A stretch of DNA of 64,000 bases from an uncultured virus (IMG/VR IMGVR_UViG_3300029305_002833) (IMGVR_UViG_3300029305_002833); one strand, 5' to 3'; positions 10,328 through 18,943 are shown, counted from the stretch's first letter. The notes: generated by a model from the letters alone, not told the origin. Program-made: numbers and translations.

Positions 10328-10438
10328 CTGATAGCAGCAGGTGTTAGCAGTAGTGTTAGCAACCTATCTCAATTTCTCCAAATTTACGGCCACTTTGGGG
10401 ATTGAACGGGTTGGAATTGTGAAGTGAGTTGAGATAGA

Positions 10439-10475
10439 GAAAAGTCCCGAAAACGCTGTGTTTTCGGGACTTTTT
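10439..10475. terminator. Bidirectional intrinsic terminator
   Basis: AAAAGTCCCGAAAAC-loop-GTTTTCGGGACTTTTT between the convergent holin and integrase genes. Confidence 0.85.
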
Positions 10476-10476
10476 G

Positions 10477-10524
10477 TGGTCTGGGTGGAGAGATTTGAAC
10501 TCTCGGCCTCTTGAACCCCATTCA
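10477..10524 (-). other. att core: 3' half of tRNA-Pro(GGG)
   Basis: Reverse complement TGAATGGGGTTCAAGAGGCCGAGAGTTCAAATCTCTCCACCCAGACCA contains anticodon arm, T arm and CCA; adjacent to the integrase. Confidence 0.85.
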
Positions 10525-10663
10525 ACGACGAATGCCGTATTTACAGGGGTTATGAGGGTGTTTGTTAGCAGTATGATAGCAATAAATCCATGGTTCCGGG
10601 TGTGGATTTATGTTAGCAACAGGCGTGAGCAGCGGCGCGTTCTTGAAAGAAACACAAAGATTT

Positions 10664-11836
10664 TCAGATCGACTGGATGATGGCCTTCAAGGCGTCGAGC
10701 TCGGCGGATTGGTAGTGCTTTTTGGTGGTTTTGTAATCCTCGTGGCCGATCAGGCCGGCCTTGTCCTTGTCGGAGCCGGGGGCGTCCTTCAAGAGGTTGG
10801 CGAAGGTATGGCGGGTGGAATAGGGGACGTATATGGCGGGTTTGGTCTTGGTGGGGATGGGCTGGATGCCGGCGGCGGCCAGGACCGGATAGAAGTATGT
10901 GTCGCGGAAATAACGGGCGGACATTTCGGTGCCGTCGTCCTTGGGGAAGATGAAATTGCTATCTGATTGCAATTTGGCCTCGATGTAGGTTGCAATTTTT
11001 GGAGAGACGGGGACGGCGCGGTTTTTTCCGGCCTCGGTCTTTATGCCGCCGTAGAGGATGTCGTCCTGGTAGTCGTCTTTGGTCAGGGCGAACATCTCCG
11101 TGGGGCGGAAGCCGGTGTAGATCAGGCAATAGACGTCTTCGGCGTGGGGCGTCTTGCCGATCTGCTGGCGGATGAGTTCGACCTGCTCCTTGGTGAAGGC
11201 GGGGCGGGTGCCCTTGGCGTCGCTGCCGGTGTTGAGGTATTCGGCATAGTTCATGTCGGTCTGGTGGCGGGGAATGGCATACTTCATCAACAGACCGGCC
11301 AGGGCCTTCATGTTTTCCTTGGTGCGCTTGCCGCGCTCGCAGTCGTCCACGCATTCCTGGAGATCGTCGAGGTCGATGTCGGCAAATGGCTCATTGTGCA
11401 GCGGCTTGAAATACTTCCATGCGGCCTTATAGCAATCCATCGTGGCCTTGCCGACGCGGGTTTCGTGGGTCGGGAGCCAGAGATCGTATATCTGCTGCAT
11501 GGACAGCCTTTCTTTGGCTTGCTTGCGATTGGACAGGGCCTCTTCGCGTAGCGTGGAGCAGTATTCCAGGGCGTCGCTCTTTTTCTTGAAGCCGCCCTTG
11601 GTGGCGCGGATCAACTGGGATGCGGGTTTGCCATTGCGAACGACGGGCTTTTCGCCGATGGTCACCTGAGCATACCATGATTTGCCGCGTTTGAACGCAG
11701 TACCTGTGCCGTTTGGGCGAGTGCGCGGTCTGGACGTATTCTTCTTAGGCTTCAAAGATCGTCCGCAAAACGGACAGTAGACAGCGCCATCCGGGGCTTC
11801 ACGTTGACACTTGTGGCAGATCATGTGGCTTGACAT
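10664..11836 (-). CDS. int: Tyrosine integrase with N-terminal zinc ribbon
   Basis: YTGFRPTE, KT, YSTRHTF and IGH..Y motifs; CxxC..CPFCG at the N-terminus. Confidence 0.95.
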   Translation of the reverse strand: MSSHMICHKCQREAPDGAVYCPFCGRSLKPKKNTSRPRTRPNGTGTAFKRGKSWYAQVTIGEKPVVRNGKPASQLIRATKGGFKKKSDALEYCSTLREEALSNRKQAKERLSMQQIYDLWLPTHETRVGKATMDCYKAAWKYFKPLHNEPFADIDLDDLQECVDDCERGKRTKENMKALAGLLMKYAIPRHQTDMNYAEYLNTGSDAKGTRPAFTKEQVELIRQQIGKTPHAEDVYCLIYTGFRPTEMFALTKDDYQDDILYGGIKTEAGKNRAVPVSPKIATYIEAKLQSDSNFIFPKDDGTEMSARYFRDTYFYPVLAAAGIQPIPTKTKPAIYVPYSTRHTFANLLKDAPGSDKDKAGLIGHEDYKTTKKHYQSAELDALKAIIQSI

Positions 11837-11879
11837 TCCTTTCTTAGAATGATATGCTTAGTATAAGGAGGCGTTATTT

Positions 11880-11984
11880 ATGCATAAGAAACCGTTTCAC
11901 GAAAGATATTGGTGGCTGCCATCCGTTCTCTTGCTGATTGGCAGCATCATAAACCTTGTTACGATACTGATTCGCACATTATGA
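11880..11984 (+). CDS. 34-aa single-TM peptide (MHKKPFHERYWWLPSVLLLIGSIINLVTILIRTL)
   Basis: AAGGAGG RBS; hydrophobic helix. Confidence 0.5.
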   Translation: MHKKPFHERYWWLPSVLLLIGSIINLVTILIRTL

Positions 11985-12317
11985 ACCCGCAGGATGCAAA
12001 GAAACAATCAGCGCAATGACGGATATAACAATGGCGATGATCGCCAGTCCGGTTGTTATCCAATACCTGACCGTCTCCGTTCGCTTGATCTCCTGCTCGC
12101 AATGTTGGAAATAGAGCCAACGCTGGCCGTCCCTGGTTATATTCCATCCGATGCGCGACACAGAGCCGTCCTCTTCGAGGGCGGTTTTCTGTTCGCACAG
12201 GCCTGAAGCGTACAGCGCCAGACCGAGTTCATCCCGGATAGGCAAGCCTCTGTTCAGGTCGATCAGCGCGTACTCTTCTTCCTGCGTCAAAACGATGGAT
12301 TTTACGTCCATTGCCAT
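11979..12317 (-). CDS. Membrane-anchored hypothetical protein of the lysogeny module
   Basis: C-terminal TM helix; lies downstream of the repressor gene. Confidence 0.6.
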   Translation of the reverse strand: MAMDVKSIVLTQEEEYALIDLNRGLPIRDELGLALYASGLCEQKTALEEDGSVSRIGWNITRDGQRWLYFQHCEQEIKRTETVRYWITTGLAIIAIVISVIALIVSLHPAGS

Positions 12318-12355
12318 ATTTTTACCTCATGCGGTTGACGATGCGGCATAGCGCA

Positions 12356-13081
12356 TTACGGATTGATGACCTTTCCATAGACGCGCATATCCGACAGGCG
12401 GTCGCCAACGAAAATGGGGCCAGTGGGGTTGATGCTGGTGAGGCCCAGAATTCTTTCATTTTCAACGACGGCTTTTTTACAGACCATGCCCTCGCCGGGA
12501 ATCCACGCGATAATGACGTCACCGTCGCCGATGTCGTAGGTCCTGCGGACAAAGACGATGCTGCCATCGGGATAATCCGGCTCCATAGAATCGCCGGAGA
12601 GCCTTACGGAGAAATCGGCGTGCTCGGGTACAGCGTCCTCCGGAAGAATGCGATACTCATAGGAATCTTCGCCCCAGAGCGGATCACCGGCAGCGGCAGG
12701 GTATTCGTAGTGTCGGAGCTTCATCATCACAACCGGAGGCTTTTTAGTCTCTTCCTTCATCCTCAGCGCCTCCGCATCCAGCACCGCACGGACAGCCCGC
12801 TGTCCGTGGGCGTCGAGATCGGTGTAGGCGGTGGCGAATTGGATGGTATTATCGTTAATTCCCTTAATTGGGGATTCGTTCAAATCGCTTAAACCAAGCA
12901 GATAATCCGCGCTGACGTCAAACCACTTACATAGTTTGACAAGCGTTTCTCCATCTGGGAAAGTATTTTTATCTTCCCATAGTTTTTTTTGGTTTTTGCC
13001 TATTTTTAGAGCTGTTGATATTTCCTTCCAAGTAGTATGGTTTTGCTCAATTAATGTTGACAGACGGCTCGAAAAACTCAC
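12356..13081 (-). CDS. CI-like repressor (HTH + S24 autopeptidase)
   Basis: N-terminal XRE HTH (VSADYLLG), AAAG cleavage site, GDSMEP catalytic Ser, downstream Lys. Confidence 0.92.
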   Translation of the reverse strand: MSFSSRLSTLIEQNHTTWKEISTALKIGKNQKKLWEDKNTFPDGETLVKLCKWFDVSADYLLGLSDLNESPIKGINDNTIQFATAYTDLDAHGQRAVRAVLDAEALRMKEETKKPPVVMMKLRHYEYPAAAGDPLWGEDSYEYRILPEDAVPEHADFSVRLSGDSMEPDYPDGSIVFVRRTYDIGDGDVIIAWIPGEGMVCKKAVVENERILGLTSINPTGPIFVGDRLSDMRVYGKVINP

Positions 13082-13123
13082 AATAACACATCCTTATGTT
13101 TAGAAGTTTTCCGATAACAATAT

Positions 13124-13179
13124 TTAATCCCTAAAATAGGGATTAATCCATTGACAATCCCTTGATTAGGGATTATAAT
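13124..13179 (+). promoter_or_regulatory. Rightward early promoter with two palindromic operators
   Basis: TTGACA (13151)-17 bp-TATAAT (13174); AATCCC-N7-GGGATT at 13126 and 13156. Confidence 0.9.
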
Positions 13180-13184
13180 GAATC

Positions 13185-13733
13185 ATGTCAACGGAAGTTG
13201 TTGTCCAAAACTCAAACACACCCCACCGGGAAGGGCTTCCCGCCAAGGAAATGTGGCCTGTATGGAACTCGCAACTTCATTATAGGCGGAACGGGTTTAT
13301 AAGTCAACAACTTTCGTTGGACAAATTGTTGCCGAAGGGACGGAATACTGTCAAAATGCTGTTCAAATTGTTTAGCTATGAAAACACGGTACTGGCTACC
13401 GCGAACGGCAGGATGCTTGGCTGCATCAAGAAGATCGACTTTTCATGGCAGGACGGCGACGGAGAACCGAAGATCGAGATCGAGTTTGACCGTGAAAAAG
13501 CGGATGAAGCCATGAACAAGGGAGCCGCATTAAACGTTGGTGAGGATGGTTTCGTCTATTGGACCGGCGCAGATTTTGACCTGTTGACAACGACGATCGA
13601 GGCTGCGGACGCCATGAAGAAGGAGGGCAAATGCCCTCCAAAGACTAAAGACGATGTAACTGCCTTCTTATCCAGGCTTCGTAGCCTTCGGGAAGAAAGG
13701 TCACAAAATCTGACTGCTGGCTATCGCAGATAA
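13185..13733 (+). CDS. Hypothetical early protein (true start may lie further downstream)
   Basis: First ORF after the consensus promoter. Confidence 0.45.
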   Translation: MSTEVVVQNSNTPHREGLPAKEMWPVWNSQLHYRRNGFISQQLSLDKLLPKGRNTVKMLFKLFSYENTVLATANGRMLGCIKKIDFSWQDGDGEPKIEIEFDREKADEAMNKGAALNVGEDGFVYWTGADFDLLTTTIEAADAMKKEGKCPPKTKDDVTAFLSRLRSLREERSQNLTAGYRR

Positions 13734-13905
13734 TGTGTGCCTTTTTAAGCTCGGAATAGACAGATTCATCAGTACCAACGGTTGATTTGTAGATTTCAGC
13801 ATCGCCATTATCATCATACTGTTGCTTCATGATAGCGGCGTACATGATGGCGTCTGAGGACAAATCAGGCAGTTTCACGATTTCACCCCCTTTCCAATCC
13901 ATCAT
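13645..13905 (-). CDS. Small hypothetical protein antisense to the early operon
   Basis: Protein-like composition; RBS AAAGGGGGTGA suggests an internal GTG start. Confidence 0.45.
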   Translation of the reverse strand: MMDWKGGEIVKLPDLSSDAIMYAAIMKQQYDDNGDAEIYKSTVGTDESVYSELKKAHIICDSQQSDFVTFLPEGYEAWIRRQLHRL

Positions 13906-13949
13906 ATCACGGGAAGGGGATGCAAGGCAAGAGGGAGGTGAATATCAGA

Positions 13950-14168
13950 ATGGATGAGCGCAGGGCCATACACCGCCGATTGAGCGACAACCGGCTGACA
14001 TCGGTGTGGATGATCAACCAGTTGCGGGAACGGGGCGTGACGACCGACAAATATGAGTTGAGTTCGATATTCGCCGGCACCCGCCACGGCCCGAAGGTGG
14101 ACAAGATCATCGAGACGGCCACGCAGATCATGGACGACTACGAATCCAAGTTCGTGGGGAAGGGATAG
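13950..14168 (+). CDS. Cro-like HTH regulator
   Basis: GGAGGTG RBS, small basic helical protein, position opposite cI. Confidence 0.55.
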   Translation: MDERRAIHRRLSDNRLTSVWMINQLRERGVTTDKYELSSIFAGTRHGPKVDKIIETATQIMDDYESKFVGKG

Positions 14169-14361
14169 CAGGATGGCAGCATGAGCATCAAGGATATCAA
14201 TATGAACTTGGCCCAGTTGATCGACGAGGCCATTGAACAATCCAGGAAGGATATTAAGACGCTGTACGACGACGCACTGGTTTCCCCGGATGGCCGCCTG
14301 GCGTTCGTTAAAGAGACTTATGTACCCATCATCGAGAGCCTTACGGCGGCCCTTGAGAAGG

Positions 14362-14538
14362 TTACTCGGGTTTCGAGATATTTTTGAGGATCGAGTTGTA
14401 GAGATCGGCTATATCTTTACCAACCTCTTCCGGTTTGGTGACCGAATCGCGGCGGATAAAGTTATACCCATGGTCGATGGCGTGAATTACCAACTCTTTG
14501 GCGATGTCTCTTTCTGTGCTGTTTGTGGTTTCGCTCAT
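14362..14538 (-). CDS. Small hypothetical protein (MSETTNSTERDIAKELV...)
   Basis: AAAGGAG RBS on the minus strand; 58-aa ORF. Confidence 0.4.
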   Translation of the reverse strand: MSETTNSTERDIAKELVIHAIDHGYNFIRRDSVTKPEEVGKDIADLYNSILKNISKPE

Positions 14539-14610
14539 ACATACTCCTTTCTCAGGCGGGCAAGCCCATTATAGCATAACCAATTCAGGACCACAAGGGA
14601 GCGATACGCT

Positions 14611-14814
14611 GTGACACTGGAGGATTTACGGAAGATTGACCGCGACTGGCTGCTGGCCAGGGAGGTGGCGCCGATACTGGGCACCGATCCGCATTCGATC
14701 AGGGTGTGGGCGCACCAGCGGCCCGAAGGGCTTGGGTTTCCGGTGATTGTGGTTGGGTCACGGATCAAGATTCCTCGGGTTCCGTTCCTGCGGTTCATGG
14801 GCGTAGACATTTGA
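14611..14814 (+). CDS. Excisionase-like HTH DNA-binding protein
   Basis: EVAPILG..FP...G.RIKIPR pattern. Confidence 0.65.
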   Translation: MTLEDLRKIDRDWLLAREVAPILGTDPHSIRVWAHQRPEGLGFPVIVVGSRIKIPRVPFLRFMGVDI

Positions 14815-14823
14815 GGTTTCTGT

Positions 14824-14878
14824 GGTATGGCGGGGAAGGGTCGGGCGTGGCCGGGTATGGTCCGGTAAGGTATGGATT
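14824..14878 (+). repeat. Isolated GGY-NN pentamer tract (11 units)
   Basis: ggtat ggcgg ggaag ggtcg ggcgt ggccg ggtat ggtcc ggtaa ggtat ggatt; intergenic. Confidence 0.75.
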
Positions 14879-14930
14879 TCATAAGACACAGTGCAGTGTC
14901 ACGATGAGAAAAGATAGGGGAGCACAAAGC

Positions 14931-15731
14931 ATGGCGGACCGCGATTTTAAGGGCGTTTGGATTCCGAGGGAGATTTGGCTGAACAGCGCCCTCAACATCA
15001 CCGACAAGGCCGTGCTCATCGAGATCGACAGTCTGGACAACGGCGAGGATGGATGCTGGGCCGGGAACAAGCACTTTGCCGAGATGCTTGGATGCACCGA
15101 GCGGCAGGCGTCGGCCTCCATCGCCAAGCTGGTGAACATGGGTTATGTCAAGGTGCTTCGATTCGACGGGCGCAACCGATTCCTGCGGAGCTGCCTGAAA
15201 GAGAAGGTTTGCGAAGCAGACACGAAGGATGCGTCGAGCAGCATCACGGAAACTTCCGAGCAGCCTGACGAAAACTTCTATGCTGCCTCACCAAAACTTC
15301 CACATAGTAATCCAATGAGAAATATAAATGAATCAGCAGAAGAAAGCGCGGGCGCGTGCGAGGAGGTCAACCCCTTCGGGGAGGACGGGCCCAGGTTGAA
15401 CACTGACACCATACAGGCCTACGCGGCGAACAACCTGACGGTACTCAGCGCCAGGGCGATGGAGGAGCTAAACGGGTTTGTGGACGATTTGTCGGAGGGC
15501 ATCGTGCGGCACGGCATCGACAACGCGCTGGATCAGGGGGTCCGGAAGTGGGCTTATGTGAAGTCGATTCTGATGGACTACGTGAGCGAGGGCGTCAGGA
15601 GCGTGGCCGAGGCAAAGACCTGCGACGAGAGGCACAGGCGCAAGCGGAAGGGCGTCGGAAGCGGGCCGGGGTTTGACCGGACGACCAGTGATAACTACGT
15701 GCCGTTGGGGGCCAACGACAGGATGATTTGA
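14931..15731 (+). CDS. Replication initiator (N-terminal wHTH, C-terminal DnaD-like domain)
   Basis: FKGVWIP..CWAGNKHFAE and KWAYVKSIL motifs; upstream of a DnaC-like gene. Confidence 0.8.
   Translation: MADRDFKGVWIPREIWLNSALNITDKAVLIEIDSLDNGEDGCWAGNKHFAEMLGCTERQASASIAKLVNMGYVKVLRFDGRNRFLRSCLKEKVCEADTKDASSSITETSEQPDENFYAASPKLPHSNPMRNINESAEESAGACEEVNPFGEDGPRLNTDTIQAYAANNLTVLSARAMEELNGFVDDLSEGIVRHGIDNALDQGVRKWAYVKSILMDYVSEGVRSVAEAKTCDERHRRKRKGVGSGPGFDRTTSDNYVPLGANDRMI
15250..15335. other. Putative replication origin (22-bp-period iterons plus AT-rich tract)
   Basis: AAACTTC at 15250, 15272 and 15294 inside the initiator gene, followed by an AT-rich stretch. Confidence 0.55.
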
Positions 15732-15746
15732 CGGAGGGTGAAGGTC

Positions 15747-16616
15747 ATGGGCGACTGGAGGGACATCGTGCCGGAGGAACGGTTCGCGGCGGAGTTCAAG
15801 CGGGTGGCCGAAGAGGCCGAGGCCATGAACCGCAGGCCGGGGGCGCTGAACGTGGAGCACGTCAACGCCAAGGGCGAGACGGCGCCGGGGGATGGCATCG
15901 ACTGCCCCAAGTGCCTGAACCGGGGCGTGGTGTACGGCGTGAGCTACTATCCGGGGCGGGGTGCTTCGCTGGGCGTGATGGCCTGCGAGTGCTGCACCCA
16001 GCGCACGGCGGTGAAGCGGCTGCGGGAATCGGGGCTGGCGGACAGCGTGAAGCGGTACACCTTCGAGAGTTTCCAGGCTGTGGAGCCGTGGCAGCGGGGC
16101 ATGCTGGAGATCGCGGAGAAGTACGCGGCGCAGGGCGCGAAAACGGGCGCGTGGATGTACTTCGGCGGCAATCCCGGCGCGGGCAAGACCCACCTGGCGA
16201 CGGCCATCGTCGGAAAGTTGATCCTGGAGAAGGATGTGATTTACGCGGTGTGGCCGCAGTTGGCCCAGGCGATGAAGGCGAGCGTGATGGACGACGAAGC
16301 CTATGACCGGCAGATGCGCAGGTATCAGCGGGCAGAGGTGCTACTGCTGGACGACTTTTTGAAGCCGGGACGCGACCGGAAGGGGAACGAGGAGGGCGCG
16401 AGCGCGGCGGACATGCGGCTGGCATTTGACTTGTTGAACGCAAGGTATTTGAACCGGCTGCCGACGATCATTAGCAGCGAGTGGCACATCGGGGAGCTGG
16501 CCGAGATGGACGAGGCTGTGGCGTCGAGGATTTATGAGATGGGCACAGGGTTTATTGTGAACATCAAGCGTGACAAGGCGCGGAACTGGCGGTATCGGAA
16601 TGTGAAGACGGTTTAG
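15747..16616 (+). CDS. DnaC/IstB-like helicase loader ATPase
   Basis: CPKC..CEC zinc site, Walker A GNPGAGKT, Walker B LLLDD, TIISS. Confidence 0.9.
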   Translation: MGDWRDIVPEERFAAEFKRVAEEAEAMNRRPGALNVEHVNAKGETAPGDGIDCPKCLNRGVVYGVSYYPGRGASLGVMACECCTQRTAVKRLRESGLADSVKRYTFESFQAVEPWQRGMLEIAEKYAAQGAKTGAWMYFGGNPGAGKTHLATAIVGKLILEKDVIYAVWPQLAQAMKASVMDDEAYDRQMRRYQRAEVLLLDDFLKPGRDRKGNEEGASAADMRLAFDLLNARYLNRLPTIISSEWHIGELAEMDEAVASRIYEMGTGFIVNIKRDKARNWRYRNVKTV

Positions 16617-16978
16617 GGCAGGCATGGTTTGGCGAGGCATTGTTGTGTGGGGCGAGGTTAGGTGTGGCGTGTCAATGCATGGTACGGCAGGCATGGCTTG
16701 GTTTGGCAAGGTCAGGATGGGCGAAGTTGGGTATTGTGACGTATGGCAGGCGAGGCACGGCGAGGCGAGGCGAGGCGAGGCGAGGTATGGTTCGGCACTG
16801 TAAGGCAGACAAGGCAAGGTTCGTCGAGGTTTGGCGTGGTAAGGCAAGGCACGGTAAGGCAGTTTAGGTAAGGCCTGGTTTGGCGGGGTTAGGCAAGGTC
16901 CGGCAGTCGAGGCGAGGTCTGGCGAGGCACGGTTAGGTGCGTTGCGGCTTGATTTGGTCCGGCAGGCAGACGAGGTTT
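16617..16978 (+). ncRNA. GGY-NN pentamer array 1 (6 GGCA-delimited units; putative guide-RNA array)
   Basis: Units of 13, 11, 11, 10, 8 and 11 pentamers. 49 of 64 pentamers begin with exact GGY and 63 of 64 have a pyrimidine at position 3. Followed by hairpin CGGCA-TAA-TGCCG. Confidence 0.8.
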
Positions 16979-17051
16979 CAACGGCATAATGCCGATTGAG
17001 ATAGACACAAGTAGCACATCGACAATACGAATTTGAAGGAGGATTTACACA

Positions 17052-17786
17052 ATGGCTACTGCGAGCAAGAAGGTTGAACTGGTTGAGATCAAGCCCATTC
17101 AGGAGGCGATACTGAACGTGCGCGTGGTGGGGGATTCCCCGCTGATTACCCACGCATGGGACGCGAAGGCGAAGCGGGAGATTCTCGAAAAGGAGATGAA
17201 CCTGACCAAGACCAAGAAGCGGGACGCGAAGAACCCGGTAGCTGATTTCTGCTCCAGCATGTACTGGCTGACGCCGATGCCGGATGAGTTCACCGACGAG
17301 GCGGTGGACGCGGCGCTGAAGAATGCGCGATTCGGCTTCCCGGTGACGGGCTTCAAGCAGGCGGCGATCAGCGCGGCCTACCGGATGGGCTGGGCGAAGG
17401 ACAAGATGAGCCTGCGCGGCGCGTTCTACATCACGCCGGACGCCAACGGCTACTACGCGGGCGACCTGGTGCTGAACGATACCAAGACGAAGATCGAGAT
17501 CGTGCCGAACGTGTTCCTGCACAACCAGCTCATCGAGATCAAGGGCTGCGGGCCTGTGATGCGGCAGGACATGGTGAAGGTCGGCATGGGCGCGGCGGAC
17601 ATCCGCTACAGGGCGGAGTTCAGCGAGTGGTACTGCGACATGCAGATCCGCTACAACGTGAACGGCGAGAAGACGGCTGACCAGATCATCAACATACTGA
17701 ACGCCGGCGGTTACGCCTGCGGCGTGGGCGAGTGGCGGCCCGAGCGGGACGGACAGTGCGGATGCTACCATGTGGAGCTTTTGTAA
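17052..17786 (+). CDS. Cas7/RAMP-like RNA-binding protein flanked by GGY-NN arrays
   Basis: RAMP-like motifs VRVVGDSPLITH, FGFPVTGFKQAAISAA and C-terminal Gly-rich loop GGYACGVGEWRPERDGQCG; RBS GAAGGAGG. Confidence 0.7.
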   Translation: MATASKKVELVEIKPIQEAILNVRVVGDSPLITHAWDAKAKREILEKEMNLTKTKKRDAKNPVADFCSSMYWLTPMPDEFTDEAVDAALKNARFGFPVTGFKQAAISAAYRMGWAKDKMSLRGAFYITPDANGYYAGDLVLNDTKTKIEIVPNVFLHNQLIEIKGCGPVMRQDMVKVGMGAADIRYRAEFSEWYCDMQIRYNVNGEKTADQIINILNAGGYACGVGEWRPERDGQCGCYHVELL

Positions 17787-17793
17787 TGGACGT

Positions 17794-17861
17794 GGCAGTT
17801 GAGGTTGGGCAACGTCCGGTGAGGTAACGTGAGTTGGGTTCAGGCAAGGCGGGGCATGGCA
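17794..17861 (+). ncRNA. GGY-NN array 2 (single 12-pentamer unit between GGCA delimiters)
   Basis: Starts 8 nt after the stop codon of the RAMP-like gene. Confidence 0.75.
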
Positions 17862-17878
17862 GGAAAGATGTGTAAGAC

Positions 17879-18226
17879 ATGAAACTGACGAAGCACGGGG
17901 ATCAGCGGTGTTCGGAACGCCTTGGCGCGGCGGCGGATTGCCACAAAAAAGCGGCGTACATGGCGTTCCGGAACGGATTGAAGCCGGAAGAGGCAAGCGG
18001 CTGTCTGCGGAATTACCTCGAATGGGTGTTGCGCAGGGCAGACGGAGAAGACCGGGCGGTTCGACTGTACGGCGGATATGTGTTCGTGTACGGCGGTGGG
18101 AAGCTGGTGACGGTGTACCTGCTGCCGGTGGAATACAGGAAAGAGGGCGCAGCGCAGGAGAGGATGGGGCGAACTGGAAGACGGGGGACCTCATCCGACC
18201 GCCTGCGGCGGCCACCTTCCCCATAG
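17879..18226 (+). CDS. Small basic protein (possible RelE/DUF4258-like fold); paralog of 44503-44845
   Basis: KLTKHG..R..ERLG..YVFVY...LVTVY pattern. Confidence 0.55.
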   Translation: MKLTKHGDQRCSERLGAAADCHKKAAYMAFRNGLKPEEASGCLRNYLEWVLRRADGEDRAVRLYGGYVFVYGGGKLVTVYLLPVEYRKEGAAQERMGRTGRRGTSSDRLRRPPSP

Positions 18227-18239
18227 GGGAAGGCTATAA

Positions 18240-18927
18240 GGCAGGCGGGGCAAGGCGTGGCTGGGTTGGGCTGGGCGAGGCGTAGTACGGATGGCAAGGT
18301 ATGGCAGGTCAGGCAACGTGGGGTAAGTTATGGCGCGGTGAGGTTTGGCGCGGTTTGTCGGGGTTAGGCGGCGCAAGGTAAGGCAGGCACGGTTTGGTAT
18401 GGTGAGGCGAATTGGGGTTTGGCAAGGCATGGTCAGGCAGTCAAGGTATAGTCCGTTCCCGTTGGGTAAGTCAAGGTGCGGCACGGCAACGCAGGCGAGG
18501 TTAGGCAAGGTGAGGTCGGGCCGGGCACGTCATGGGCGGTAAGGCAGGCGAGGCGTGTTGTGGCCAGGTTTGACGCGGTGCGGCACGGTGTGGCAGGCAC
18601 GGCAAGGCGTGTTATGGCACGGCGGGGTAATGTGAGGAACGGTCGGGCAGGCGTGGCGGGGCAAGGTTAGGTAGGGTTCTGTAAGGTTCGGTACGGTCTG
18701 GTTAGGCGGGGTGTTGCAGTTAGGGTTTGGCTATGTAAGTTTAGGTAAGTTAATGTGCGGTCTGGCAGGCAAGGTGAGGCGCGGCAGGCACGGCACGGCA
18801 AAGTTAGGTATGGCAAGGCCCGGTGGGTTGCGGTGAGGCAGTGTGCGGCTCGGTTTGGCGTGAATTGGCAGACACGGTTAGGCAAGGCGGGGCCCGGCGC
18901 GGCTGGGTATGGCAGGCTTCAAGCCTG
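18240..18927 (+). ncRNA. GGY-NN pentamer array 3 (about 13 GGCA-delimited units)
   Basis: About 675 bp in 5-nt register; units of 3-15 pentamers, most 8-13; ends in hairpin CAGGCTT-C-AAGCCTG. Confidence 0.8.
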
Positions 18928-18943
18928 GAAGGGAGATACAAAT

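Larger units (their letters stand above)
10329..10618. promoter_or_regulatory. attP region with six TGWTAGCA direct repeats (putative integrase arm sites)
   Basis: Copies at 10329, 10342, 10354, 10563, 10574 and 10611; three on each side of the core. Confidence 0.7.

Noticed and set aside
10477..10524. Functional tRNA-Pro gene
   Set aside because: The 5' acceptor strand and D-arm are missing; interpreted as the att core.
17975..17997. Self-target of array-2 NN string (GATGAACCGAAAGAGGCAAAGGAT) in the next gene
   Set aside because: Only a short gapped partial similarity, compatible with chance.
16617..18914. Canonical CRISPR array
   Set aside because: There are no 23-47-bp direct repeats with unique spacers and no cas1/cas2; the periodicity is 5 nt.
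16617..18914. Simple microsatellite or G-skew explanation for the arrays
   Set aside because: NN varies almost freely while GGY and the register stay fixed, with regular delimiters. Slippage would homogenise units; only one short GGCGA run is seen.
16640..18943. Arg/Gly-rich ORFs over the pentamer tracts (16640-16867, 18345-18542, 18476-18670, and the 18755-18943 extension)
   Set aside because: These are low-complexity translations of the GGYNN repeat with no clear RBS; the GGCA tetramers shift the register regardless of frame.
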